A DNA stretch of 64,000 nt, taken from contig FLMG01000368.1 of assembly GCA_900088475.1 (NCBI GenBank), positions 1 through 64,000 on the forward strand, read 5' to 3'. This document shows positions 12,630 through 26,387 of the stretch, piece by piece (within the stretch, counting starts at the first letter, position 1; every line of letters starts with the position of its first letter). The DNA is from Hyphochytrium catenoides (taxonomy: Eukaryota > Protista > Hyphochytriomycota). The notes under the pieces are model-generated. The model searched no databases and was not told where the DNA came from. It saw only the letters and a program-made list of their open reading frames with translations. Both the position numbers and the translations under genes were made by a program.

Positions 12630-13750
12630 ATGATTCGCAGAGCTTGCGCCCATTTCAGGCAAGTCCCTGCTCGGGTTCTGAGAGCCCGGCCAGCAGCTCC
12701 AAGAGTGACAGCGCCTGCCTTTCTCTCAGTCCCAGTGGAGCTAGGACGGCTATCCGTTCCCGTTCACGCTGAGCAGGTTAGAAGCTTTTCCAAAAAAGGT
12801 GAGCCTATACATTCCTTCTCGGCTTAGCTGTCGGCACCTAGCTCTCTCCCTCTTCGGCCATCGCCGTTTTATATGGCAATATCTTCCTCGTCTCACTCGC
12901 TAAGTCACACCTTCCGGCCTTTCTATTCTTGCTTGTCATTGCCCTTGGGATTGGGCCGTATAAACGCTTGGTCATGGCAGCTAAGGGTAAGAAGCAGACG
13001 CCTACGGAAGCCGAGGATGAAGGAGAAGGTCTTGGTACGGAGGAGCAGGCACGGTCAATCATCGACGACATCAACAAGAGGATGGACGGTGCTCTTAACC
13101 ATCTTAACAAGGAGTTTGCGGCCTTAAGAGCGGGACATGCGGACCCAAGTAATGCTTCTCTTTCTCTCTCTCTCCCTCTCTCTCTCCCTCTCTTACCCTG
13201 TCTCTCCATCTTTTGTTCTTTCTCTCGCTCTGTGTTGCTCTCTCTCGCTCTGTGTCGCTTTCTCTCCCTCTCTCTCTCTCTCTCTCTTTTTCCCCTGTGC
13301 TTCTCTTTAGACGTGTCCTACGAGAGCAATCTGCGGCACCTCGTTGATCTCTCTCCCCAACTGGTTCATTTAATATGTGATTGATCTCTCACTCTCGTCG
13401 TCACCTATGCTTCAAAATCCTTTAACTGCAGTCGTTCTCGTGGTCCTTTTTGAAAAAGCTCCAGCCGTGTCGAGCTAAGAGCTTTGCTCTCATCTCCTGC
13501 CTCACTCATGTCGTTTCCTCTCTCCTTTTGGGACGTCAGAGATGTTAGAGCACATTAGCGTGGAAGCTTATGACAACACTATGCCTCTGAGTGCCTTGGG
13601 CCAGGTTTCCGTTAAGTCTGCCCAACAGCTGATTGTTACGGTCTTCGATGTGGAGGTGAGGCAGTAGCTGGAGGATGCACTGTTGAGGGAAAGACAAGCA
13701 GAATTAAAGGATTGAGAAAGAACAAGGGACAGAGAGAAGGGTGGGGGCCA

Positions 13751-13783
<33 letters not shown>

Positions 13784-14772
13784 CAGAGAGACAGAGAGAC
13801 AGAGAGAGACAGAGAGAGACAGAGAGACAGAGGAGAGAGCGACATGAATTGAGAGAACTTGGAAGAATAGGGGAATAGAGGGAGACAGAGACAGATTTAT
13901 TTTGCTCTGGCAGTCTATCTTTCCTTGGGCTATTATCTCCTAGGGTTGGCAGAAAGGCATTAACAATGAATTCCTCATGGCTTTTCAGACGGCTTCGGCG
14001 GTCCAGAAGGCAATCTTTGAGGCGAATCTTGGGCTCAATCCCAAGCTAGAGGGGAACATCCTCACCGTCAATGTGCCAAAGTAAGCAGCTTATCCCATTT
14101 GCAGTAGAGACTCATCCATCTTGCTTGTGTTTGGTGTCCCATTAGACGCCGCCTCTCTCACTCTCCCGATGCTGGCCTTCTCCATCGGTGTCAGCTGCTG
14201 TGCTTATCAACTAACTCTGACGGAATACGACTTAGGGTCACTAAAGAAGGCCGGCAAGAGCTGGTGAAGGTGGCTGGCAAGTCGCTAGAGAAGGTACTAA
14301 GGTCACTAGGCTTTTTTTCTTGGCCTTATGTGTACCCTCTTGCCCCATTTATCAATAAGTTGCCTCGTTCATTCACTGACTTCCACGTCTACCTTAAGAC
14401 TAAGCAGACTCTCCGCCGACTGCGGAAGGATGGTATGGATTCTTTCAAAGGGAAGAAGGACCATTGGTCGAAGGATGACTTGCACCGCTATGAGAAGGAG
14501 GTAAGGTGGAGAGCAATAATTTTTAGCTGCTTACAGAGGAGGGGAACCAGAGCAAGTCACCAACCGAATTAGCGAGAGACGAGAGAGAGACCGAAAGAGA
14601 GAGAAGGCTAGATCCTCAGCTAAAGCCAGTCGAACCACCCTAAATGTGTACTGAGCTTAGCTTGCCTTAAAACGTGCTGCAACTTTGGCAGATTCAGCAC
14701 CTGATTGATACCAAGAGCAAGGAAGCGGATAAATTATTAGAGAAGAAGACTAAGGAGCTCCTATCGGGCTAG
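12630..14772 (+). CDS. MRRF: Ribosome recycling factor, probably mitochondrial (Arg-rich N-terminal presequence)
   Basis: The translation includes RMDGALNHLNKEFAALRAGHADPKMLEHISVEAY...LSALGQVSV, AIFEANLGLNPKLEG, TKEGRQELVK and SKDDLHRYEKEIQHLID. The N-terminus MIRRACAHFRQ...VRSFSKK lacks early acidic residues. Confidence 0.92.
13749..13838. repeat. (GA)n/(GAGACAGA)n intronic microsatellite
   Basis: Visible purine-rich repeat in an RRF intron. Confidence 0.9.
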
Positions 14773-14916
14773 GCCTAGAAAATACGGGTGGGGAAGAAGC
14801 GAGAAATGGCATCTTGCTCTCACACTTTGTATCAGGGCATTTGCACCGTACAGACAATAAAGTGTGGCTTTTCTTGACAGAGACGCGGAGCAATCAAATA
14901 GACAGGAAGGTTGGCC

Positions 14917-15545
14917 CTAGATGACTCCCGCAGATGAGATGGAGGTGGACTGAGACTCCCCAACTGTTTGGGCATACAATTCCCTAAGATCAGCGATATT
15001 CTGCGGCCCTGTGCTGAGCAGCTCCGTCACTTTGAACTGCGTGGAGTTTACCACTGAACGGACTGGTTCCCCTACCGGGCCTGCCGTCTGCCAGAGTTGA
15101 TCGAACACCCTGAGGGAGCAGACAGGAGAACGGAGTGGTTAGTGATGAAGAACGGAAACCAGCGGTTAAAGGAGCCATAGAGATTAACCGTTGAAGAGGT
15201 TTGGAAGTCACCTAGTCCACGTATCATGCAGTGAGTATAGGTATGGAAGCTTTCAGGTCGAAGAGAGTTCCATGGGTCAAGAGAGAATAAGGGAAGCCAA
15301 AGGCTATATATCAACCTCAACGTAAGTACGTAGAGTTCATAAAAGGCCATCGGATCTTGGAAAAGCTCCCAGAAAACCTCTGGTGTGGCGTTGAAGTTCC
15401 CTCCCTCCAACCTCAGTACATCCCCAAGCATGTGACACAGCTGGGAACCTACAGACGCGAGAGGATAGTCCTGCATAGACCCCTTTAGTATCCTTCATGT
15501 TGCCCGTCACCAACATAGCGTCTTTCTCTTCCTCTCTCTCTCACC

Positions 15546-15590
<45 letters not shown>

Positions 15591-17167
15591 AGTATGTCTC
15601 GGTCGGTCGCTCTCGCTCTCTCTTCCCCTCTTTCTCTTCTTCCTGGTCTCTTTCCTTCCTTCTGCTGTCCCGATCTTATGATCACCAGGATGGGCACCTT
15701 GGCAAGTACTTTGGCCCTCATTGCTAGTCAAGAGCTCGTTCCAGTCTTGCCAGCTCCTATCTCCCTACCTGTCGAGAGAGCACGGCAGCTACCTCGTCCC
15801 TACAATTTTCGTAGAGGAAGACCAGAGAACGAAGAGATAGCATGGACGGAATGTCCCGCCAGGGATCCTCAGAAGAAAAGCCAACCTGCCGAGTAAAATA
15901 GAGAATATTAGGCAGTTCCTCGTCTCCTTCTCTAGCTTGAATTGCATATCTCTTCTCTGTCGTCCTTTCTGTCCTTGCTGCCAAATCCCCGCTTCTCTAA
16001 GTGTTCATCTTCTCTTCAGTCTATACCTTTATCCAGAGGGAGGACAGCCTCAAGAAAGGCCTTCCCCTACCCACCGTGAGCCAAAGCTTTTGAAGCAAAA
16101 TCTCATGTTCTGGCTCTTGAGGCCTTGGAGTGGTCTGCAAGAGAACACGGAGGGCACCAAGCTGGCTTCCCGCCTGCGGCGATGCAGGCGCAGCTCCTCC
16201 TGCGCCTCTTCCTAAGCGAGAGAATGTTGAGGATTTCGCTTTGTCTAAGTCTCAATCTTCCCTCTCTGTTCCTCTTGCCTCAACGGCCGTCAGCACTTCT
16301 TTACAGCTGTCAGAGAGATTGGTAACCGTGGCTCCTCACCTCGATTGCGAACCACAGTCTGATAGAAACCCTTCGCTGTCCTCCCAAGCTGCTCGCCTAC
16401 AAGGGCAGGAAATGTTGTGGGGTTCACATAAGGAGCAATAGATAGTAGAACGACGAAGAAAGCAGAGATTAGTACGAATAGCTGAGAAGAAGAATGCACT
16501 GACCGACACAGAGGGAGTTCTCAGACACATTGGTGACATGGGTAAACACACAGGGAGCAAGAGGACGGAGAGATCTAACCTACCACCTGTTCCGAGAGAT
16601 CGCCGGACGACTCCTGACACAGACTTTAAGGCTGTCAGACCACCATAAGGCCCCGTCTAGAGAGCGGACGACGAAGGCGTGGTAGTCGGTTAGAACGCCA
16701 TCCTAATAGGAACGAAGAGGGATAATAAGGATGGATAGTACGTGACTTCTCACCTTTTCTCGGCGAAATGGTGCCCCTGGATCTCGGATAACCTCAGGAC
16801 CATGCTTGTCTTAATGTGGAAGACGAGAAGCAAGGTGCATTAGCGAGAGATTGCGAGAGCTGTTGGGCAAAATGAGGGCAGCGGTGAAGAGAACATTGAT
16901 AGGACAGTGCTCTTTCAAGGGAGATATATGAAAACCAAAAGGAAGAGGAGACAAAGATCTCACCGGCTGTATGGAAGATCTGCATATCCGAGTCAAAGTC
17001 TAAGACAGACTCTTCCTCGTCCCGAGTAAGCTGAGCCTTTTCACTCCCGTCCTCCGTCTCTTCATCGTCCTCTTGTAAGGGAAGAACCTAGCCGATACGA
17101 CACAGACGGTCCAAGTTCTAAGAACACTCTCTCACGCCATCTTTTGCTCTCTTTCTCTATTCTCCCT

Positions 17168-17213
<46 letters not shown>

Positions 17214-17873
17214 GTCTCACTTTCCCTGCAAGCAGTGACAAAGGTTCTAATGACTGGAAAGAGCCTTACTCAAATATCTGCCCATAACTGGCCCATAATT
17301 GGCAAAAAGAAACTGAGGAATAGGCGAGGAAGGAGGACAAGATTGAAGAACAGCAAGGCATGGGCAGCTAGAAGACAGAGCGAGGGAGAAGGAGGAGGAG
17401 GGACAGGGGAGGGGAGAGGACGAGAGGCGATGAGAGCGCCAGAGAGAAAGACAGAGGATGACAAGAGCTAACAGAAAGAGAGTGATTGACCTTAACATAG
17501 GCCACATCATCTGTCACATTCAGCTGCTGCTCATCACGAAGGAGATCCCTCCATACATAGTCTGCTCCGTTTCGTTCCCGGCATCGGAAGTGGAACTTCC
17601 CTTCGAAAGGGAAGGCGCGCCTCAGAGTCTCCAGGTTGCACTGAGTTAAGAAAGGGAAGAGATAAATGAGAGAAGGCAATCGTGTCGTTGCTGAGTCTTG
17701 AGAATGACTGGGAGCTAAAGGCACCCGGCAGCCAGAAGGGAAGGTGATGGTAGTAAACATGGTCTTAGCTCTATTACCTCGGAGGCGGGTAAGAGGAAGG
17801 CGGACGATGTGTCCGCAGGCAAAGCTCCAGCCGCTTGTATGAAGTATTCCACTCGCACGCTGCGCTGCGCCAT
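14917..17873 (-). CDS. N-terminal DIX-like domain + C-terminal ELMO/CED-12 domain protein, multi-exon
   Basis: The N-terminus MAQRSVRVEYFI...SAFLLP...LETLRRAFPFEGKFHFR...YVWRDL is DIX-like. The C-terminal part EPEHEILLQKLWLT...LSSLWIK|VGFSSEDPWRDI...LSLRSLVFL...DYPLASVG...FYELYV...FDQLW is ELMO-like. The intervening exons join in phase with GT-AG. Confidence 0.75.
15522..15592. repeat. (CT)n(GT)n microsatellite in an intron
   Basis: Visible run. Confidence 0.9.
17150..17216. repeat. (CT)n microsatellite in an intron
   Basis: Visible run. Confidence 0.9.
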
Positions 17874-18453
17874 GGTGCTAGCCCTTGCGGTGTCGGTCCT
17901 TCCTGTCGATGCTCACCTTGCCGCGGACATACTCTGACCATGCACGGCACGACTCAGCCCCTCTCTCACCTTGAACCCGACTTTCGCCGTGAAGCTACTC
18001 AGTCAGAGACTACCTCGAAGGGATCAACCAGACTGAAGACAGACTTAGCGATGATGGAGAGACCAAGAAAGCGCCGATGTCTCGGTCTCTTGAGCGATAC
18101 CACCAGCGCACTTCCGAGCAGCTCTTCATTTTGACCTTCACATCAACCCAGGATACCCACAGGGTTGCATGCTTAGCCATATTACCCAGAGGTAGGGTGA
18201 AAAGGTAGAGAATGTCTCGTCCGAAAAGCCCAAACTGAGACCTGGGTTTATGGAGCCACCACAGTTTGCCTCCCCTGTCAGATCCAAAAGTGAGATCTGC
18301 TGACGGAGCTCATCGAAGCTTCAGAACCCCTCGGGTCAGCACATCGGCTCTTTCGGCGAGACACATAAGGCCAGACCGCAATAGAGCTATAGATGTGAGT
18401 TTGTTGCAAGGCTGAGTAACTGTGTGTCAGCAAAGCAGCAGCCGGGACGACCA

Positions 18454-19669
18454 ATGGAGAGCAACAACAAAGGCACGAGCGCCGGGAAGAGATGGAAGTT
18501 TGACCTGGCCAATCCTGGAAAAGGCGATGACATTCCAGCCTCATTAGAACCTCCAGGATATAATCGCGTCATATCCGCAGATTCCGTATGTCTCTATGTG
18601 ATCCTCCTAGAAACAGCAGTTGGCTCTGACTCTCGTTTCGTTGCCTATTTGATGTGTAGAAGTCAAAGACATTGGTCTCTGCGGAGAAGGAAGAAAAACG
18701 ACAAAGAGAGCTCAAGGAGAAGGTGAGAGACGGTTAGAATTTTTTTTATCATTTTAATGAGGTGGACACTAGCAAGAAAGAGGAAGAGACTGAAGGTCAA
18801 GGGAAGAATCCTGGAAAGGGTCACTAATTAAGGCTAACTCTCTGACAGCGAGCACGGGACATCTCCTTGGGCCCCGGGAAGAATCTCTTTATGACTGCCT
18901 TCATGTTATGGATGAGTGGGACTGGACTAAATATCTTCACCATTATGATGACTGGCATGGCGATGATGACGCCCGTCAAAGCGATGTTTGCTGTCAACTC
19001 AGGTAGGGGATCACCACTTTACTCTCTCTCTCCTCGCCCGCCAACACCTCTTCTCCCTTTTAGCTCCCGCTTTCTCTCGCTGGACTATCAAAATTCACCC
19101 GTGCTCCACGACCACGTCTACTCCTTTTCATAGTTATCCTATGGCAACCCAGCTCTGTCTTGCAGCACTTCTTGTGTCATCCACGATAATGTATCTGACT
19201 CTGGAGTGGCCTTCCTCTTTATTTCTTTCTCTCCGTCTCTCACTTTGCTCCATCGCGGCCCACATGCCTTCTGACTCTCCTCATTATGCCGCCAGTTTTT
19301 GCGCCAGTAGATGATGGAAAGGTTGAACTGCTGATCCCCAAGCTCACATACCTCGCACTTAGCCTGGTTGGATTGGCAATGGGGCTGTACAAGCTAGGAA
19401 CTATGGGTCTGCTACCCATTAGCAGTGCCGACTGGAACTGGCTCCTTCCTATGAAAACGGTAAGCTTCAGATAATAGATAGAGAAGAAGACGGGACAATG
19501 GAAGGCGCGCGGCAATGGAATGGGAGAGGAACACCAGAGAAGACAGAAAAAGGAAGAAGGTTTAGTGCTTGAATGTCTTCTGGTTGTCTAATATTCTGCT
19601 CCTTCGTCCTGATATGCCCCGAAGGTCTTTGAGTACTCGGCACCGGCCGTGGAGGTGCCTAGGATCTGA
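18454..19669 (+). CDS. EMC4: ER membrane protein complex subunit 4 (TMEM85)
   Basis: The translation includes LEPPGY...RARDISLGPGKNLFMTAFMLWMSGTGLNIFTIMM...PVKAMF...GLYKLGTMGLLPISSADW. There are five exons and the TGA is at 19667-19669. Confidence 0.92.
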
Positions 19670-19820
19670 AGCTGAGAGGGCCCAACCTAAATAGTTTTCT
19701 CTTTGTTAATAATAATTGCTTGAACCTGACTCTGATGCTTTGAAGGTTTTCACTCAGCAACAGCTCAGCTTCCCATATATCTGTTTGCCTTCTTGCTCTA
19801 CCTATCCTCCGCCAATTTTC

Positions 19821-21789
19821 TTAGCGCTTGCCCCGGTGCATGCGAAGCCGCTCGTATGCGGCTTTCTCTAAGGCCTCTCTATGGTCTGGGTGAGCTATAT
19901 CAATAAGCGCACGTGCTCTCTCCTGCAAAGATTTTCCAAACAGACTGGCAATTCCATACTCAGTCACGACGTAGTGGACATGATTCTGCGTGGTGGTCAC
20001 AGTGGAGCCATGTTGGAGATATGGCACAATCTTGGACTCTCCTTTTCTCGTGACAGACCCCATGGCGATGATAGGTTTACCGCCCTTTGATAAAGAGGCA
20101 CCGTGAATATAATCAACCTGCGAGTTGTGATGCTTGTTAGTAGGGAGTATGAGAATAAAAAATGACATGGCCGACGGCATCACAGACCTGTCCTCCGACT
20201 CCTGAATACATTCTTACGCCCAAACTGGAGGCGTTGACCTGGCCGGTCAAGTCTATTTCAATGGCTGAGTTGATAGCTGTCATTTTGGAGTGCTGCGAGA
20301 TGGTATTCACGTTGTTCACGTAGGAAATGTCCATCAAGACCACGTCAGGGTTGTTGTCCACAAACTTATAGAGTCGCTTAGAGCCCATAACAAAGCCAGC
20401 CACTATCTTGCCCGTGTGTCGCTCCTTCCGTGAGTTGGTGATGACCCCGTTTTCATAGAGATCAATAACCCCATCTGAGAACAGCTCAGTGTGGATACCC
20501 TATGGCAACAGTCAGCTTTCTTCATTTTTAAAATCAGACAGGGCGGATATTACTGACCAGGTCCTTGTGACTACCTAAAGCAGCTAGAGCAGCGTCAGGA
20601 ATGGCTCCGATGCCCATTTGCAGACATGCTCCGTCCTCTACAAGCTCATTGGCTATGAGCTTGCCGATCTTAGCCTCGACTTCACTGGGAGGATGAGCTG
20701 GATGCTCAAAGATTGGAAAATCTACGGGTACTAGAGCATCAAAGTGGCTCATGTGAACAATGCCTGGTACAAGAGAAGAGTGACCGGGAGGGGAGCCTTT
20801 TAGTCTTTGAACTACATGGAGGGGACAGGCCTCTGTGGCAAAGGAGCCATACACGACGTGGTAGACAGAGATTAGCAGAAAGATCGTGAAGCAACAGCTA
20901 AATAACCTAACAGCGCAATAGAACAGTTAAGGGAGAAAGTGGTATGTAGTCCTACCGTCACCAAATGTTCTTGGCATATGTCGGTTCATCTGGCCCACAA
21001 TAATTCTGGCACTCTTGATGGCTTGCCTTGCACCTAGAAAAGAAGACGAGCCCTAAGCCTTAGCTAGGATTCATACATAAGATCAGGGAATTTACGTACA
21101 GTCCACAGATACGCCAAGCGAGCAATACCCATGTTCATCGGGTGGGCTGACGTGGACCAAAGCGACATCCAGGTCAACGACTCTTTCTTTGAAGAGCCGT
21201 GGCACTTGGCTCAGGAAGCACGGGATGAACTCTGCCCGGCCTTCAGCGATTGCATCTCTCATGTCCTTTCCCGCAATAAAGAGGGAAAGGGGGCGGAAGT
21301 GCCCCTCGTACTCCGACGTGGCGTAAGGCGTGTTCCCCTCTGTGTGTATATGTACTGTCTTGATGTCTGTGAGGTTCTCCCGCTTTGCATGTCTGACCAT
21401 TGCATCCACAAGGACTGATGGAGTGGCACAGCCGCCGTGTATGAAGACCGTCTGCCCGCTCTTCAAAAAGCCCATACAGTCATCCGGCGAGCACATCTTT
21501 GGGCTGTGACCTATCACGCGCGCCATTGGCTCTTGGAATTCTCTGCCAACCTGTAGGAAGTGGTTAAACAACCGTTAGGTGACAGAAGTTAAAAGACGAG
21601 TAATTGCCGAGGGGATTTATAGGAGAGAGCTGTGAGAAAAGCAAATGCAGCCCCTACCTGGGTAGTAGAGTAAGTTCTCCACAGCTTAGGAAAACCATTG
21701 CTATTAACGCCAGCAGATATCATGGCTGGTAATCGCCTCATGGAAGGCCTCATAATAGAGGCCATGCGTTTGCTGGCCCTAGATATCAT
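19821..21789 (-). CDS. Acetyl-CoA hydrolase/CoA-transferase (4-hydroxybutyrate CoA-transferase / ASCT subfamily IB-like), mitochondrial presequence
   Basis: Motifs include VHVSPPDEHGYCSLGVSVD, GACLQMGIGAIPDA, the catalytic-Glu motif GIHTELFSDG, AINSAIEIDLTGQV, SGVGGQVDY and VVTEYGIASLFGK...IAHPDHRE. The N-terminus is Arg/Ser-rich. Confidence 0.92.
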
Positions 21790-21911
21790 TGTGTTGCTGA
21801 GGATAAATAAAACTCTAATGTCCTCTATAGAGATTTCTCTCTAAATCTTGGTTGCTGCTAACCAAACTCCACTTTTTCGCACTTTTCTCTATGATCTCTT
21901 TTCAATAAGTG

Positions 21912-21948
21912 AGCTCCGTTCCAGTCTCTGAAGCTCCGTTCCAGTCTC
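21912..21948. repeat. 20-bp-period tandem duplication (agctccgttccagtctc x2) upstream of the CoA-transferase start
   Basis: Directly visible. Confidence 0.85.
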
Positions 21949-22593
21949 CTCGAAATCAATTACGCGCCTTCTTGATTTGCTTTCAATGGTTTTGCCGCTC
22001 TGGACGCGTTTCTACTTAGTTCTCAATGTCTCTCTGTCTGCCTGATGGTGACAGAGCACAAAGACAAGTGCGGGAGCGCATTGATTCTTCTCCTCCTCTC
22101 CTCCTTGGCCCTCCCTCCCTCCTCCCTTTTATTACAGAGTTTGAGTATTCTGATCAGCCATGAAATGACACGGAGAGATACAGACTAACTTTGAGACAGA
22201 GAGCGAAGGATCGCAAGACAGAGAGGTTATGAATTTACCAAATTCATAGGGATGCTGGTTAGTAATGGCGCGACAGATAAGAGTACTAGATGGGTAGAAG
22301 TACAAGAAGGAGATGGCTGGGTGGATGGAGACAGAGGCACGGGCCATAGGAGAGGCGGTAGTAATAACAAGTAGAAAAGATTCGTCTCGACTTTGTAACC
22401 ATCCTGCCAGCAGCTCATCAAGGGCAGCCCGTTACCGGTCCCAACCATGCGGATAGATATCATCCCACAAGGGTTATTATATAGATAATGACATGAGACA
22501 GAGCAATTGCGGTTTATCAACCGACACGTGGTACCGGTGACCTTTGGGATTCTTATAGTTCTATAGTTACAGTCCTCTTGATAGGGAACGCCG

Positions 22594-22657
22594 TGGCTTG
22601 GTCAGTGCGACACCGGCTCGGGAAGGAGTCTTTGAGTGCCGAACATCATTGCAGCCA
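22594..22657 (-). promoter_or_regulatory. Eukaryotic type II SECIS element in the TrxR 3'UTR
   Basis: The mRNA-sense sequence is UGGCU-gca-AUGAU-GUUCGGCACU-c-AAA-gaCUC-cuuccc-GAG-cc-GGUGUCGCAC-UGAC-ca-AGCCA. It contains helix I, the AUGA/GA core, a 10-bp helix II with one mismatch, the AAA motif and an apical mini-stem. Confidence 0.88.
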
Positions 22658-22701
22658 TCGGAGCCCATCATGGACAATTGAACTGGATGGATGGACGCCA
22701 C

Positions 22702-22747
22702 GCTCATTCCCAGTAGCCCATCGGCGATGAGCAAGCTGGGAATGAGC
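22702..22747 (-). promoter_or_regulatory. Strong RNA hairpin directly after the TrxR stop codon (SRE-like candidate)
   Basis: GCUCAUUCCCAG and CUGGGAAUGAGC form a perfect 12-bp stem, with an inner GCUCAUC/GAUGGGC stem. It begins 6 nt 3' of the Sec UGA. Confidence 0.6.
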
Positions 22748-24723
<1,976 letters not shown>

Positions 24724-25120
24724 CTAACTTAGGGACTCTCCATCTAGTCCGCTAGCAGTCCTGAAGGAATCAGAAGGTTTGACTACGCCGCCGATTGCAG
24801 CTTAATAAATAAAGGTGAATGCATGGGAAGTGTTGACGCGACGCGATGACTGAATGGGCTGCTGCTGCTGCTGCTGATGTTTCAGGCATTCTGATGGCAA
24901 GCTGTCCGACATCCAGTTCAGGAATCTTTCGATAGGTTATTGAAAGCTATTAGGACCCGTTGCATCCCATAGCTATTGAATCTTTCAATGCTTTCAGTTC
25001 GGCGAAGGTTTTGCTGATAGCCGTTAACGGCTAACTATAGGTTCGCTGTTGTTCTTATTCCTCTCTCTCTATCATCATAGAGAGTAAGCTCTGAACGATG
25101 AGTAGATCTCCTCTTTCTCT

Positions 25121-25352
25121 TATAAAAGCTTCTTCATCGCCCACCACTTCTCAGCACCTTGGAGGAGCAGCAGGACCACGCAGGATGACGAAGAGGTCCA
25201 GGACATGAGGCAGAGCAGCAGGCGCGACTTGCTCGTTAGTCGTCCAAATGGGCAAGAGAAGGTAATGTAAGTTGGAAGGAAAGCCTTCATAGGTTACCAT
25301 CAAAGATGGGGGGCGGCGGCGGGCCGCGAAGCCTGCCGAGATGACTATGAAC
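25121..25352 (-). CDS. Possible 3' exons of a small unidentified hydrophobic protein
   Basis: FIVISAGFAARRRPPSLM|SRLLLCLMSWTSSSSCVVLLLLQGAEKWWAMKKLL* is joined by a phase-0 GT-AG intron. No start codon or family was recognised. Confidence 0.25.
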
Positions 25353-26387
25353 CTAGCGAGGAGCGACCTACTTGTGCGATAGTTAGGCATTCCAGCGTCA
25401 AAAGCTGTGGCTGTAGTCATTATCTAGCTGTCCCCATGCAGTGACCCCTGTAGGGCTCGCTGCAGCTATTGTTGCACTTGCTCTTGAACATAGTAGAAGC
25501 GGAGAACACTAATTGATGAGCAGCACTGCTGTCTCAAGAGCCGCCTTATCAATCAAACAAGGTTACCTTTCATCAAGAATGGGATTCTCATCTCCCGCTT
25601 TCTTGGTCATCTCTTTTCAAAATTCATTATGGTGATCATCCCTTTCACTTGAGTAGCAACATGATACCGTGCATAATGGTCAAAGCTGAAATAGAGACAG
25701 AGCCAACTCAAAAGAGTCAACCCGGTGTCCTTGGCAGCCCGACCAATGCTTTACTTGCAGGACTGTGTCATTTTAGCTTCTGCGCGGCTATGCCACTTAA
25801 CGCTCCGCGGTGCCACCTAAGAAGATCGGGTGGGAGAGCTGTTTTAATGCATAGAGGAATCTGCAGAAGGCGGCGCGTAGATGGGCTAAATAACGGCCAT
25901 CGAGTCTTAGGGCTAGGAAGTGTTCTAGTGAGAGCTTAATATGAGGACAGTGCTGTTATACAGAGTTGAGTTCCTATCGAAGAGTGTCCTGAGACGATCC
26001 AATAGCTGAGTGAGCTTCAGTAGGCGGATCTCAACAATCGCGGTTGCCGTCAAGAGCCTTCCTGTCACCTGAGATAAGGTTTGTCAACAGATTGCTCCTC
26101 CTCCTCGCTACATATCTGACCCACACAGCTACCTAGTGCTGCTGCCTCGGACCCGTTGCCAGATGCTGACAGATCTGCAGATTCTGATGCCTTGGTGGGC
26201 TTTCCTTGTTGTATGAGAGGCTAAGGAAGAATCAACCTTCAAGATTATGGAGGAAGAAAGAATAGTGCGCACCTAAGTGCGTACCTGGACCTTTTAGGTA
26301 TTGTTTCGTGGCCTTACCGGCCCATACTGGGATGCGATACCGCACCTTTGGTGGCCCTTGATGGGAAGAGTCATCGTCACATAAACC

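Noticed and set aside
16212-16278. Apparent GC-AG intron in the DIX-ELMO gene
   Set aside because: A single canonical GT-AG intron (about 16212-16338) gives a continuous frame into the ELMO domain.
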